64,000 bases of DNA from Acidiferrobacterales bacterium (lineage in GTDB: Bacteria; Pseudomonadota; Gammaproteobacteria; Arenicellales; Poriferihabitantaceae). The translations under genes and the position numbers were made by a program. Where the stretch lies: contig JAHQWE010000005.1 of NCBI GenBank assembly GCA_019633985.1, forward strand, positions 11,331-75,330, written 5' to 3'. Shown here piece by piece: positions 1 to 10,759 of this stretch; within the stretch, counting starts at the first letter, position 1, and each line of letters starts with the position of its first letter. The notes under the pieces are model-generated. The model was given only the letters and a program-made list of their open reading frames with translations, did not search any database and was not told the origin of the DNA.

Positions 1-69
1 TATTTCCCAATCCATCAGCTTATGCGAGGATGATTCTTGTCCCTACCGGACTTTATAATGTTTAAATTT

Positions 70-840
70 TCACCTAACTGTATTGCTATCCGAGAGAAAC
101 TGCATCTTCCACTTTACACTCTCACTATCAGACATTTTCGCCGTCATTGGTTTAGCTATCTCTGCAGCAGAAGGGTCAAGGTTTAGAGCGTAAAGAATTT
201 TTTCCAGTGTGGGTTGAGGGTTCTCAGAGAGCTCTTCGTAGGTAACAGTGACAGGATGGATTCCCTGTTGTGCAAACCAATCTATCCACATGCTGTCTTG
301 CTGTTCAAGCAATTTAAAATACCGTGACAGAGCTTTAAAACCATAAACAGGGGCATCGCCTTTCTTGAGTCGTTCCCGTTCTGAACCATCGGGATTTCTA
401 TGCCAGAGCCCTGTCTGTTCTGCTTTGCACAGCGAAACTGCTTGCGCGATTTTGTCGTCCCGAGACAAATGAATATAGTGAGTAGCTTCGAATACACTGT
501 AGAAAACTTCTCTATCATTTGCATTGGATGAAAACAGGCTTCGAAGTCTGGATGCCAGTGCGTTGAGACTTTCCCATTGCAAACGCATTCCGAACACGCC
601 TGTATCTCCTACCCCTTCTTCCAGTACCGCTTCAAGATAAGGTAGATTAAATTGGTTACTTGATCGCCAACAATCGACGTCGATATTGAAGTAAGCCCCC
701 CAATCTGTGTAAAACGTATCCATAAAAAACGAATCGGGACGTCCGGCAATTTGCGTAGATTTGAGTAAATCACAGAGTAGGGTACTTCCACTTCTGGGAG
801 TCGAGCAGATGATATATGAGATATTGTTGTGCAATGTCAT
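70..840 (-). CDS. Stf0-family sulfotransferase
   Basis: PAPS-binding motif TPRSGSTLL, plus GRPDSFF, IHLSRDDKIAQAVS, TGLWH and VTYEEL, all typical of Stf0 enzymes. Start placed at ATG 840; the ORF extends to 906. Confidence 0.85.
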   Translation of the reverse strand: MTLHNNISYIICSTPRSGSTLLCDLLKSTQIAGRPDSFFMDTFYTDWGAYFNIDVDCWRSSNQFNLPYLEAVLEEGVGDTGVFGMRLQWESLNALASRLRSLFSSNANDREVFYSVFEATHYIHLSRDDKIAQAVSLCKAEQTGLWHRNPDGSERERLKKGDAPVYGFKALSRYFKLLEQQDSMWIDWFAQQGIHPVTVTYEELSENPQPTLEKILYALNLDPSAAEIAKPMTAKMSDSESVKWKMQFLSDSNTVR

Positions 841-1450
841 ATGTTTGGGGTGATGCCATTGGCAAGAGCCGTTTCGGAGCATGAGATGCGGAAACCGAAA
901 TCGCATTCTCCGTCCGACTATGTTTACTTCCCACTACCTGGGTCGCACGATCATGTAATCTACTTTAGCTAGCCATTGATCTTCTGCTCGCTAGCATCCC
1001 ATCCGCTTAAGCCCGCAATCACTCGCTTACAATCTTTGCAATGGATCTTTACCACTTTGGTATAGAAGTCTTCACCCTATTGAGTTGACCAGTAGCGAAA
1101 TATCCAAGAATCTGCGCCATCCCGTAGGGTTTGTATTGAGCACTTCTTTACCAGAGATTATAGCGTTCTGGATAAACGCGAATTGTTTTCAATGCGCATC
1201 GTGCCAGCTCGGATTGATTGTTCGCAGCAAAATAAAGAATAAACCACTGTTCCGCTAACAGTTCGCAATTAACCCTCCTTGCCAACCGAAAGAAGTCTTT
1301 TCGAAGCATCTTTGATAGGACATGAGCCTGTTAATCTTAAGACGATTCGAGGTCAAATGGTTTATTGTTCACAGTTGTTGTTAACAAACTAGGTGTCATG
1401 CTTGTCAACCGAAATTTTACACGTCCCAGCTAAAACAGAACTGATTGCGA

Positions 1451-2539
1451 TTAGACTTGACTAGTCAGCAATCTCCTTCGTTTATCTCGCTCAATACGTG
1501 CCAGATCCCTTATTTTATTTATAAACTCAGAAAGATCACTATCGCTGTTTTCATAGAGTTTTAGAAAATCTGGTACCAATTGATAGTAGGTTGAAATGGT
1601 GAGCAAATCGGCATTATCGAGTGGGCGCGAAAACCACCAGTCATAATATCGAGTGCCCTTCCCTTGTTGTTTTAACTCTTGGTATTTTTGTTTTAATTCG
1701 CTAAATATGCGGGGTTTGTCTTTTTCTGGACTTGAGCCGGAATACGCTGCCCGTAAATGTTCTCGATATTGCAAAACTAGTTCTGTAATTCTGTTTTGCT
1801 TCTTTTGTTGCAGAGCGCGCGCGTGGATAACACTCTGATTACCTTGCAAATTGAGCCACTTTTCAAGAAGAATGGTTTCTACGGCGGTGGCAAAGGCCTC
1901 GTTGAAATCAGAATCATCTTTGACATACACAACCTGGTGGGCAAGTTCGTGAAAGATAAGTGCAGCGAGATCATTCTCCTGATAGTTTATGAAAGTGTTG
2001 AGAAGTGGATCTGCGAACCAACCAAGGGTGGAATAAGCAGATACGCCATAGAGCAGCGTATCTTTACCTTCAGATAGAAGCTTCTTCTCAAATTTCTCAG
2101 CATCCGATTTTTTGAAATAACCCTTGTATGAGACGCAACCAGCGATAGGAAAGCACCATGTCTCGGGAGTGAGCGAATATGCTGGCGCTGCCACCACATT
2201 CCAGGTGACGTAAGGTCGACCGATATCGGCGTAGGAAGTGAAACCCGAATTGTTCTCTAATTGAAGTTGTTTCAGCGCGAATTGACGCATACGATCAGCA
2301 AGTAGTAAGCGCTGGCGCAAATCTTCGGGAGTACCTGGGTTTTGTACTAACTGTTTGACAGGAACACGTTTGTTAAGAAGAGACAACTGTCCTTTCGCTG
2401 CCTGGTAGTAGTAACTGGTTCGACTGCAGCCACTGATTGCTATGGTGCAAAGAAGAAAGAATATAATCAGAATGCGGGACAAAATACTTGATGAACTCAA
2501 TAACGTGATATTCCGAATGATACCTTGTCTACCAAACAA
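1451..2539 (-). CDS. Predicted zinc aminopeptidase lipoprotein (DUF2265-like)
   Basis: Lipobox-like ISGC, WCFPIAGCVSYKGYF, AYSTLGWFADPL, zinc motif HELAH and FNEAFA. True start may be ~2482. Confidence 0.85.
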   Translation of the reverse strand: MFGRQGIIRNITLLSSSSILSRILIIFFLLCTIAISGCSRTSYYYQAAKGQLSLLNKRVPVKQLVQNPGTPEDLRQRLLLADRMRQFALKQLQLENNSGFTSYADIGRPYVTWNVVAAPAYSLTPETWCFPIAGCVSYKGYFKKSDAEKFEKKLLSEGKDTLLYGVSAYSTLGWFADPLLNTFINYQENDLAALIFHELAHQVVYVKDDSDFNEAFATAVETILLEKWLNLQGNQSVIHARALQQKKQNRITELVLQYREHLRAAYSGSSPEKDKPRIFSELKQKYQELKQQGKGTRYYDWWFSRPLDNADLLTISTYYQLVPDFLKLYENSDSDLSEFINKIRDLARIERDKRRRLLTSQV

Positions 2540-2563
2540 GAGTTAAGCATACAAGTTGTACTA

Positions 2564-3835
2564 ATGAACGAAAAACTCAAATCTGATCAATACCTAGAAG
2601 GCCTTAGTGTCCACTTAGTGGGAGGTGCTGTGCGCGATCGGTTACTCGGTTTGGAACAGGGAGATCGCGACTGGGTAGTTACTGGTTCAACACCCAAAGA
2701 AATGTTGAATCGTGGATTTCGCCAGGTCGGTAAGGATTTCCCGGTATTTCTCCATCCAATCACTGCAGAAGAATATGCACTGGCAAGAAAGGAGAGGAAA
2801 GTTGGGTTGGGGTATCATGGTTTTGAATTTGATAGCGATTCCACGGTGACGTTGGAAGAAGATCTATCAAGGAGAGATTTGACCATTAACGCAATAGCAA
2901 TGGATGGTGAGGGGCGTTTGATTGATCCTTGGGGTGGACAATCTGATCTACAAAATCGTCAACTGCGTCACGTTTCAGAAGCTTTTGCTGAAGATCCGGT
3001 TCGCATATTAAGAGTTGCTCGATTTGCAGCCCGATTTGAACAACAGGGTTTTGAGGTGAGTTCTGAAACACAGTCGTTAATGCAGCAAATGGTTTCGGCG
3101 GGAGAGGTGGATGCACTGGTTGCAGAACGAGTTTGGCAGGAAATGGAAAAGTCATTGAGTCATCGAGGATTCTATCGTTTCATCGAAGTACTTCGTTCTT
3201 GTGGCGCCTTATCGGTTTTGCTTCCAGAAGTCGACAGGTTGTTCGGGGTACCGCAGTTAAAACAGTATCACCCTGAAATCGATACAGGTACCCATACTTT
3301 AATGGCGCTTAAGTCTGCAGCTAAGGCAGGAAGTGCGCCTGAAATTGTGTTTGCCGTGTTGGTTCATGATCTCGGTAAGGGCGTTACGCCGAAAGAGGAG
3401 TTGCCATCACATCGCGGTCACGAAAAGACCGGCATGCCATTGGTAGAAGATGTCTGTGAGCGGTTTCGGGTGCCAAAGAGTTTTCGGCATCTAGCGCTAA
3501 AGGTCTGTGAGTTTCACTTACATCTTCATCGGGTCATTGAACTGAAACCAAAAACAGTGTTGAAGCTGATCGAACAGCTGGATGGGTTTCGAAACCCACA
3601 GCAAGTCGAGCGGTTTATTGCCGCCTGCACAGCTGACAAGCGGGGACGCCAGGGCATGGAGCAGAGCGCATATCCCCAGGCGTCCCTATTGCGCGAATAT
3701 GTTGAAGCCACCAATGGTGTCAACACAAGAGAGATTTCCGCGCTGGCAGCGGACAAAGGGAAAACAGGTCAGGAGATTGGCGAGGCTGTTAGGCGAGCCC
3801 GGTTAGATGCAATCAGAAAGGTACGCGCTGCCTAA
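2564..3835 (+). CDS. cca: Multifunctional CCA-adding enzyme
   Basis: LVGGAVRD..DRDWVV, RRDLTINA, EDPVRILR and HD domain VHDLGKG. Confidence 0.96.
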   Translation: MNEKLKSDQYLEGLSVHLVGGAVRDRLLGLEQGDRDWVVTGSTPKEMLNRGFRQVGKDFPVFLHPITAEEYALARKERKVGLGYHGFEFDSDSTVTLEEDLSRRDLTINAIAMDGEGRLIDPWGGQSDLQNRQLRHVSEAFAEDPVRILRVARFAARFEQQGFEVSSETQSLMQQMVSAGEVDALVAERVWQEMEKSLSHRGFYRFIEVLRSCGALSVLLPEVDRLFGVPQLKQYHPEIDTGTHTLMALKSAAKAGSAPEIVFAVLVHDLGKGVTPKEELPSHRGHEKTGMPLVEDVCERFRVPKSFRHLALKVCEFHLHLHRVIELKPKTVLKLIEQLDGFRNPQQVERFIAACTADKRGRQGMEQSAYPQASLLREYVEATNGVNTREISALAADKGKTGQEIGEAVRRARLDAIRKVRAA

Positions 3836-4011
3836 ACGAATCAGCGCGATTGGCAAAGATTTGCACTTACATGGTGAAAGAAGAACGCACCGTCTAAGTT
3901 CTGCGCCCTCTACACTTCAACTACGTTGGCAGCCAAACGAAAGGCTAGCACCCTTGTCTTTTACCCTCACATACGCCGGCGCTGAGGGTACTCGCCAATC
4001 TACTAAATCTA

Positions 4012-5997
4012 CTATCCTGCTGATTGTGAAACCGGCGCGGGATGAAGATTGATGACATTGCCAGGCATCTTGTTATTGCGTTCACCACACTCTGTCAGAC
4101 GCTGCATAAAGTGATCCATAGTAACTAGCCGCTCTTTCAGCTGCGTAGAGCGCTCCTTCATATCACTGATCTCATCCAGTACTTCGGTGTCTTTATTGTA
4201 AACGCGCTCCAAACGTTGATGGCGCTGCTTGATCTCAGTTGCACGTTCCTTTAACTCAAGCTCCAGAGGAACCAGCACGGTACGGCACCATCGATCGACG
4301 TCATCGCGAGTTTGTTTGTACAACTTGCGAATCTTGACCATGACTTCGCCATGGTAGCGATCCCGAAGAATATGTTGTTCCGTCATCACCATGCTGAAAC
4401 CTTTACTATGTTGCGAATGGCTTGACTGGAATTTTTTAAGAGAGTCTATATAGAGCTGAGGCTCAATCTTTCGCGGATTCAGGCCAGTTACGCCCAGGAC
4501 GCTTTCCACTTCCTTAAAAGTTTTAATGATCTTATTTTCCAAACGCACTACATAGGACATCGCCATTTGAAAACGATCTACCGCTACAGCGTGAAAATCA
4601 TTCATTTCGCGTTGTAGTCCTGGGGTGGTGAGCTGATTACTGATTTCGTAGCGATACGATGCAATCATTCGATCAAGGAACAACAAATCCAATCTGCGAA
4701 CAAACTGCGTATAACCTTCTCGCAGCTCGTTCTTGAGCTCAACAATATGTTCACGCGCTTTATTGTGTTTCTTGACATCCCGCTGCACTTTTTCAAGGCT
4801 GGTCTTAGCAACGTCAACCTGATTCTCGTGTAACGAAGAGAGCTCCTGTAAATGGGAGTCGGTATCTCTAATTCGGCGTTTTACCACATTGCGAATCGCT
4901 CCTAATGTCGGAGACAGCTCCCTCACGGCATGGCCGACTATGTGACGCTGATTGGTGTAGTTAATCGTATCCGCCAGCGCCTGTTCGTAACGCTGGATGT
5001 TGCTGGATCGCACCAGCTTTTGGTCGCCTTTCGCTCGACCTACCATTGCTTTCTGCGCCGCCACAGGAAACACTTGGTCATTGGCTATCTTCAAAACGCG
5101 CGCGACTTCTTTCACCTGCATATTGATGTCTTTCTCAATTTCCGAGCGCGTCTTAAGGTCATCCCAAAGTAGATCGATTTTGTTCAGTACGACGATAACG
5201 TTATCTGTGTTGCCATCGCGAACATGGTCCCGCCACAATGCCAGTTCAGAGCGGGTGATACCGGTGTCTGCTGACAAAACGAATACAATGGCATGCGCCG
5301 AGTCCAGAGCCTGAAGTGTTAGTTCCGGCTCAACACCGAGAGCATTGAGGCCCGGGGTATCAATAATACGCAGGCCTTGCTTTAGTAGTGAATGGGGGTA
5401 GTTTATTAGTGCATGACGCCACTTAGGTATGGGTACCATGCCATTGACGATTCCGATGTCATCCAAGCCATCCTCGCTTTCGTCTTCAACAAACCCGAGA
5501 GATTTGGCGTCTTCTACTGAAACATGTTCGGATTCGGCGATTTGCTTAAACGCTTCTTTTACCCCAGCCTTATCATTTAACGAAAACAGCGTATGTTGCC
5601 AAACGGAATCATCTTCAAGCAGCATGGCAATAGGGCGCTTTTGAATATTCTGGCTAGCAACAGTAGGCAAAAGACGGATAGAAGGTAGCTCATCATCGTT
5701 GTGTTGCAATATGGTTGTACAGCGAGTAGTTCTTCCTGGTGACGAAGGCAAGTACCTCGCACCGGCCTCGCCAAATATGGTAGCGTTAATCAGTTCCGTT
5801 TTGCCACGAGAAAACTCTGCCAGAAAAAGCACATTGCGACGATGGTCTGAGAGGCTCGCTTTGACCTGCTCAAATCGTTCGATGGTTCTTTGGCTATGAT
5901 AGCCATTTTTTTCCATCCAACCATAAATGCTATCGATCAATTGCCCAAGTTCGGCCAGGCTCTGATCTGCATTTAATTGTTCTTCAAAATAGTTCAC
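4012..5997 (-). CDS. Bacterial dynamin-like GTPase
   Basis: G1 AEFSRGKT, G2 GRTT, G3 DTPG, G4 NKID, then a long helical/coiled-coil C-terminus. AAGGAG RBS before the GTG start. Confidence 0.85.
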   Translation of the reverse strand: MNYFEEQLNADQSLAELGQLIDSIYGWMEKNGYHSQRTIERFEQVKASLSDHRRNVLFLAEFSRGKTELINATIFGEAGARYLPSSPGRTTRCTTILQHNDDELPSIRLLPTVASQNIQKRPIAMLLEDDSVWQHTLFSLNDKAGVKEAFKQIAESEHVSVEDAKSLGFVEDESEDGLDDIGIVNGMVPIPKWRHALINYPHSLLKQGLRIIDTPGLNALGVEPELTLQALDSAHAIVFVLSADTGITRSELALWRDHVRDGNTDNVIVVLNKIDLLWDDLKTRSEIEKDINMQVKEVARVLKIANDQVFPVAAQKAMVGRAKGDQKLVRSSNIQRYEQALADTINYTNQRHIVGHAVRELSPTLGAIRNVVKRRIRDTDSHLQELSSLHENQVDVAKTSLEKVQRDVKKHNKAREHIVELKNELREGYTQFVRRLDLLFLDRMIASYRYEISNQLTTPGLQREMNDFHAVAVDRFQMAMSYVVRLENKIIKTFKEVESVLGVTGLNPRKIEPQLYIDSLKKFQSSHSQHSKGFSMVMTEQHILRDRYHGEVMVKIRKLYKQTRDDVDRWCRTVLVPLELELKERATEIKQRHQRLERVYNKDTEVLDEISDMKERSTQLKERLVTMDHFMQRLTECGERNNKMPGNVINLHPAPVSQSAG

Positions 5998-6429
5998 TTT
6001 GACAACAGCTCCTTCAATTTTTTGTTTTCGTTTGTTTTTAGTCTATTTCGTTTTGGCGCTTGAAAATGCCTGCTCGTATTCGAGCATCGCTCAAAAAACT
6101 GCACATTTCTTGCGGATGACTTGATTGCGCTTTCCCCAGTTTACAGACCAATTGCGAAGATTGATCTTTTGTTCGTCTCAGGATAGAGCCTTCTGGTGTT
6201 ACCCCGGATTTTCCCTGCTCCGTCCTAATAACGTGCATTCTAATACAAATAATCGTTAATTAATAAGTACTTGTCGCTAAAACTGTTGAATAACTCTGTA
6301 CAAAAGAGCTTATCTGGCTGGAAAATCTGATGAAAGGCGAAAAAAGACTGCTAAACGGTGGCTAGATTAAATTTGCGCGATTTTGCCGTTAAAACCTTAT
6401 TACCATCCCAAACTGTCCAATTACATTCC

Positions 6430-6876
6430 ATGAATTTTGAAGAAATATCCGCCGATGAATTTGGCCGCTCACTCAATGGCTTTGGCTTAAATTTGTTGGT
6501 GAAGGAAACAGCCTCCACAATCCAGTTTTTGCAAGCAGTTTTTGGCTTCCAGGTATTGCGGCAATCTGAAGACTACGCCATTCTGAAACTCGATTCGGCC
6601 AACGACGGCAATGAAGGTTTGCTTTTGCAGCTGCACGCTGATCAAACCTATAGCAGCAATCCGCTTCCCTCGTTGTTGCCAGAAAATGGGGCCAGAGGCG
6701 GGGGGATCGAGCTCAGGTTGTACGACATCGATCCGGACGAGGCTGAAGCCAGAGCGAGGAAACACGATTATCTGGTGTTGCAGGAATCTACAGATAAACC
6801 ACATGGGTTGCGCGAGTGTTTTATTCTCGACCCCAACGGATATTGTTGGGTACCGTCGCGGCCGCTTGCCGCCTGA
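6430..6876 (+). CDS. VOC/glyoxalase family protein
   Basis: GLNLLV...FLQAVFGF and DKPHGLRECFILDPNGY pattern. Confidence 0.8.
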   Translation: MNFEEISADEFGRSLNGFGLNLLVKETASTIQFLQAVFGFQVLRQSEDYAILKLDSANDGNEGLLLQLHADQTYSSNPLPSLLPENGARGGGIELRLYDIDPDEAEARARKHDYLVLQESTDKPHGLRECFILDPNGYCWVPSRPLAA

Positions 6877-6890
6877 ATAAAGAGTAATCT

Positions 6891-7607
6891 ATGAAACTGA
6901 AAGGCATTTTATTCGATAAGGATGGCACTTTACTGGATTTTAACGGTACCTGGTTGGCAGCCTACCGTGCAGCATCAGAAATCATCGCTGACTACAGCGG
7001 TGGAAAGCTGTCGGCAGAGGAGATTTTGATTCACGGTGGTTATGTGCCTGAAGAAAACCAGTGGAAGCCTGAATCTGTCCTTGCCGCTGGCAGCAGCCGG
7101 GAAATTCTTGCTAGCTGGAACAGCCTGCTCGACATACCGCTCGACCCGCCGGTTCTTAAGCGGATCGGTGAAGCGTTCCATATCGGTGCCAGTGGTCTTG
7201 TACCCGCGGTCGACCCCCTTTTCCCCTGTATGGCGCAGTTGAGAGAATCCGGTTTCGTACTAGGCATTGCGACCATGGATTCAGAGAAGGGCGCAATCCG
7301 TATGGCGGAGTCGATGGGGATTGCAAATCAATTTGATTTCATTTGTGGGGCAGATAGTGGTTTTGGAGAAAAACCAGACCCGGGTATGGTGCAAGCATTT
7401 GTTTCAGCAACCGGCATAGAGGCGGCTGCGGTGGTGATGGTTGGGGACAGCCCAAGAGATATTATGATGGGTATCAATGCTCGTGTAGGAATGTCCGTGG
7501 GTGTAACCAGTGGAGCCCATAGTCGCGAAGAGCTTCTTACACATACCGACCACGTACTTGATCATATTGGTTATTTGCACGATTATCTGCTGGGATTACA
7601 GGCGTAA
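6891..7607 (+). CDS. HAD-family hydrolase (phosphoglycolate phosphatase-like)
   Basis: Motif I FDKDGTL, KPDP, motif IV MVGDSPRD. Confidence 0.88.
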   Translation: MKLKGILFDKDGTLLDFNGTWLAAYRAASEIIADYSGGKLSAEEILIHGGYVPEENQWKPESVLAAGSSREILASWNSLLDIPLDPPVLKRIGEAFHIGASGLVPAVDPLFPCMAQLRESGFVLGIATMDSEKGAIRMAESMGIANQFDFICGADSGFGEKPDPGMVQAFVSATGIEAAAVVMVGDSPRDIMMGINARVGMSVGVTSGAHSREELLTHTDHVLDHIGYLHDYLLGLQA

Positions 7608-7673
7608 AGCCACTATAGGGGAACTTTGAATCGACAAACAGAATCCCAAAATGGCAACCAATGGCATAAATCA

Positions 7674-8135
7674 ATGACAGAAAAACCACGCTACTCGCGA
7701 CCTGATGACGCGATGATCCGGCAGATGCTGGATGACAATCAATTTCACGTTACCCAGAGAGAAGGAACGGAGCGACCGTTCGATAACGCGTATAATGACG
7801 AAAAAAGAGATGGTCTATTTGTCGATATCGTCAGCGGTGAACCTTTATTTAGTTCTCTGGACAAATTTGATTCCGGTACGGGTTGGCCGAGTTTCACCCA
7901 ACCGGTTGATCCGCAATACATTAAAACCAAAACAGATTTTAAGTTAATCCTTCCACGAACTGAGGTCAGAAGTGCCGTCGCGGATTCGCATCTGGGCCAT
8001 GTATTCAAGGATGGACCAGCACCCACGGGGTTACGATATTGCATGAACTCTGCGGCGATGCGTTTTATTCCGAAAGACGAGTTAGAAACTGAGGGCTATG
8101 GAGAGTATCTCTCCTTGTTTGAGCAGAAAAACTGA
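7674..8135 (+). CDS. msrB: Peptide-methionine (R)-S-oxide reductase
   Basis: [32 protein letters not shown]. Confidence 0.96.
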   Translation: MTEKPRYSRPDDAMIRQMLDDNQFHVTQREGTERPFDNAYNDEKRDGLFVDIVSGEPLFSSLDKFDSGTGWPSFTQPVDPQYIKTKTDFKLILPRTEVRSAVADSHLGHVFKDGPAPTGLRYCMNSAAMRFIPKDELETEGYGEYLSLFEQKN

Positions 8136-8193
8136 GCCGGAACTAAAACTGGGTAGATACAGTCGGAATAAAAAATGACTCTACTTATGACCC

Positions 8194-8988
8194 ATGATTT
8201 CCAGTCTTTTCAGCGGTACTAACCGCTTTTCGATTCTCCCAGCAGCAGCGCTCTTCATCGCTGCTAATTTCACTTATGCAGGGGAGGTAAAGGTAACCAG
8301 CGCACCGACTATCACACCGGTTGTTGAGCTCTACACCTCGGAAGGCTGTAGTAGCTGTCCCCCTGCGGATAAGTGGGTATCCAAGCTCGGCGACACCATC
8401 AACGCAGATTTCCATGCGGTACCATTGGCATTCCACGTCGACTATTGGAATCGGCTTGGTTGGCCAGACCCCTTCTCTAAAAAAGCCTATACCGAACGCC
8501 AAAAACAACTTGCGATCCAAAATCGCCAAAGCTCTATTTATACCCCCGAGTTTTTGGTGAGTGGAGAAGAAACCCGAGGCACCAATCGGGTCGTCAGAGC
8601 AATTGCCGAGGCGAATGAAGAACTGGCTCAGGTGATGATTACCTATGGTGTGCGCTCAGAGGACAACAGGTTGGTGGCAGAGATGCTGATAAATAACCCG
8701 GTTAAAGACGCGCCGCTTTTCCTGGTGATTTACGAAAACAATATTGTTCGAGAGATTGGAGCTGGCGAAAACAAAGGCAGAACTTTGCATCATGATTTCG
8801 TTGTCAGACACTGGCAACAGGTAGATACCCTGCCGGTAGGAAGCTATGAAAAGGAGCATCTAATCGAAGTGGGGGACGACTGGAATCAAGAAAACCTTGG
8901 TTTCGCTGTTGTGGTACTTGACCCGAAAAATGGTGCCACCCTGCAGGCGCTGCGAACGCCTTTGGAATCCGTATTCACGAAAAGCTAG
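8194..8988 (+). CDS. DUF1223 thioredoxin-like secreted protein
   Basis: Signal peptide, VVELYTSEGCSSCPPAD, FHVDYWN, GENKG. Confidence 0.88.
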   Translation: MISSLFSGTNRFSILPAAALFIAANFTYAGEVKVTSAPTITPVVELYTSEGCSSCPPADKWVSKLGDTINADFHAVPLAFHVDYWNRLGWPDPFSKKAYTERQKQLAIQNRQSSIYTPEFLVSGEETRGTNRVVRAIAEANEELAQVMITYGVRSEDNRLVAEMLINNPVKDAPLFLVIYENNIVREIGAGENKGRTLHHDFVVRHWQQVDTLPVGSYEKEHLIEVGDDWNQENLGFAVVVLDPKNGATLQALRTPLESVFTKS

Positions 8989-10154
8989 TCTCGCCTCAAC
9001 CGGTCGTTTAAAGCAATCGGGGTTGGATATTTCAGCACGATATACCAGGCGGAAAAAATGAAGCTGATAAATGTTGCGAGCTGAATCAAAGTAGCAGCTT
9101 GATCCGAGATCAAGCTGTGACTGATCGCAACGAATACGATCAATAGTGAGAATTCACTTAGCTGCCCAAGCCTTACTCCTGTTTCCCAGGCGAGCTGATT
9201 GCTTTCTGATTGACCTACCAGTGCATATCGAAAGACCACGGGTTTTAATATGAGTAACCCGGCTCCCAGTATGATTGCTGGGAAAATGACTTCGGGGGCG
9301 GCGCTGATATCGAAACCAGCTCCCAATCCGAAGAAAAACATTACCAGGAAGAAATCCCTCAGCGGTTTTAGACTTTCGGCAATGAATAGAGCCATCGGGC
9401 TTGTAGCGATGGTAATTCCCGCAATAAAAGCGCCGATTTCATAAGATAGTCCTAGAGATACCGCGAGCTGGGCAATTCCAAGACACCATCCGATAGATAG
9501 AAGAAATACATACTCTTGAATGCGATCGAATCGACGGAAAAGGGGCAGCAATACCCACCGTTGTCCAAACCAGGCAGCGGCACAAACCACAGGCAGACTT
9601 ACCAACAACAAAATAACTTCGAATAGGGGCAAGCCTTCTTTACCCAGACCCTGCAAGACAAGAAGTGTGACAATGGCGATTAAATCCTGCAGCAGCAAAA
9701 CGCTGATAATCACTTCTCCAGTATGTTTATGGTGCAGCACGGTGGTTGGCAATAGCTTGAGACCAACAATGGTGCTTGAAAAGGAACAGGCGATGCCAAT
9801 GAGTAAAATATCTGACCAGGAAAACCCGAATGCCCACGCCAGTAAACCTGCTGCACTGCTAAATACCAGGGAACAAAAAACAGTGACCAGGGTCGTTTCT
9901 TTCAATAAATGCAGCAGTTTTTGTGGGGACAAATTCAAACCCAGCAAAAATAGAAGAAAAATAATCCCAATTTCTGCAATATCCTGTATCAATGCTGCAT
10001 CGGTGACCAGTTTTAATCCCCAAGGTCCCAGCAAAACACCGAGAACAAGATAAGCGATGAGCATCGCTTGCCGCATGTATAACGCCAGCGTCGCCAGTAG
10101 CGCGGCACCCGAAAAAATCAAGAATATCGAAAAAACAACGGAGTGATCTTGCAT
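8985..10154 (-). CDS. Cation:proton antiporter (CPA2, no KTN domain)
   Basis: About 12 hydrophobic segments, FSSTIV, LLLQD, GQLSEF. Confidence 0.88.
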   Translation of the reverse strand: MQDHSVVFSIFLIFSGAALLATLALYMRQAMLIAYLVLGVLLGPWGLKLVTDAALIQDIAEIGIIFLLFLLGLNLSPQKLLHLLKETTLVTVFCSLVFSSAAGLLAWAFGFSWSDILLIGIACSFSSTIVGLKLLPTTVLHHKHTGEVIISVLLLQDLIAIVTLLVLQGLGKEGLPLFEVILLLVSLPVVCAAAWFGQRWVLLPLFRRFDRIQEYVFLLSIGWCLGIAQLAVSLGLSYEIGAFIAGITIATSPMALFIAESLKPLRDFFLVMFFFGLGAGFDISAAPEVIFPAIILGAGLLILKPVVFRYALVGQSESNQLAWETGVRLGQLSEFSLLIVFVAISHSLISDQAATLIQLATFISFIFSAWYIVLKYPTPIALNDRLRRD

Positions 10155-10258
10155 CAATAAAACATTATATCTAGGCGAAAGTGTTTTGACTGCCAAAAGG
10201 TGACAAGCGATGAACGTGGCTTACAATATCATGCTCTTAACACTGGTTCGACAAACCG

Positions 10259-10747
10259 ATGGCTGACGCAAACAACTTGACCCACTTCGACGAAAAGGGT
10301 CATGTACATATGGTAGATGTGGGAGAAAAAACAGTTACCCGCCGACGCGCGGTGACGGAAGGCTGGATTGTGATGCAACCGGAAACGCTGGCAATGATCA
10401 AACAGGGCGATCATAAAAAAGGGGATGTTCTCTCGGTCGCGCGAATCGCCGGTATCATGGCCGCCAAAAAAACCGCAGAACTCATACCGCTCTGCCACCC
10501 TTTGATGTTGACTCGCGTTACTGTCGACATGGAAATTGAAGAGGCAACCAATTCGATTCGTTGCGAGGTTTCTGCAGAAACCGCGGAAAGAACAGGAGTA
10601 GAAATGGAAGCATTGACCGGGCTACAGGTGGCGTTGTTGACGATCTACGATATGTGTAAAGCCGTAGATCGGGGGATGGAAATTAAAGATGTACGCTTGA
10701 TACACAAATCAGGGGGTAAATCAGGCGAATGGAACCGTGAAACCTGA
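10259..10747 (+). CDS. moaC: Cyclic pyranopterin monophosphate synthase
   Basis: LTHFD...[26 protein letters not shown]. Confidence 0.97.
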   Translation: MADANNLTHFDEKGHVHMVDVGEKTVTRRRAVTEGWIVMQPETLAMIKQGDHKKGDVLSVARIAGIMAAKKTAELIPLCHPLMLTRVTVDMEIEEATNSIRCEVSAETAERTGVEMEALTGLQVALLTIYDMCKAVDRGMEIKDVRLIHKSGGKSGEWNRET

Positions 10748-10759
10748 TCGGAGAGAAAC

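Noticed and set aside
907-1450. Possible hidden gene or RNA between the sulfotransferase and aminopeptidase
   Set aside because: Only very short frames and no convincing structure were found.
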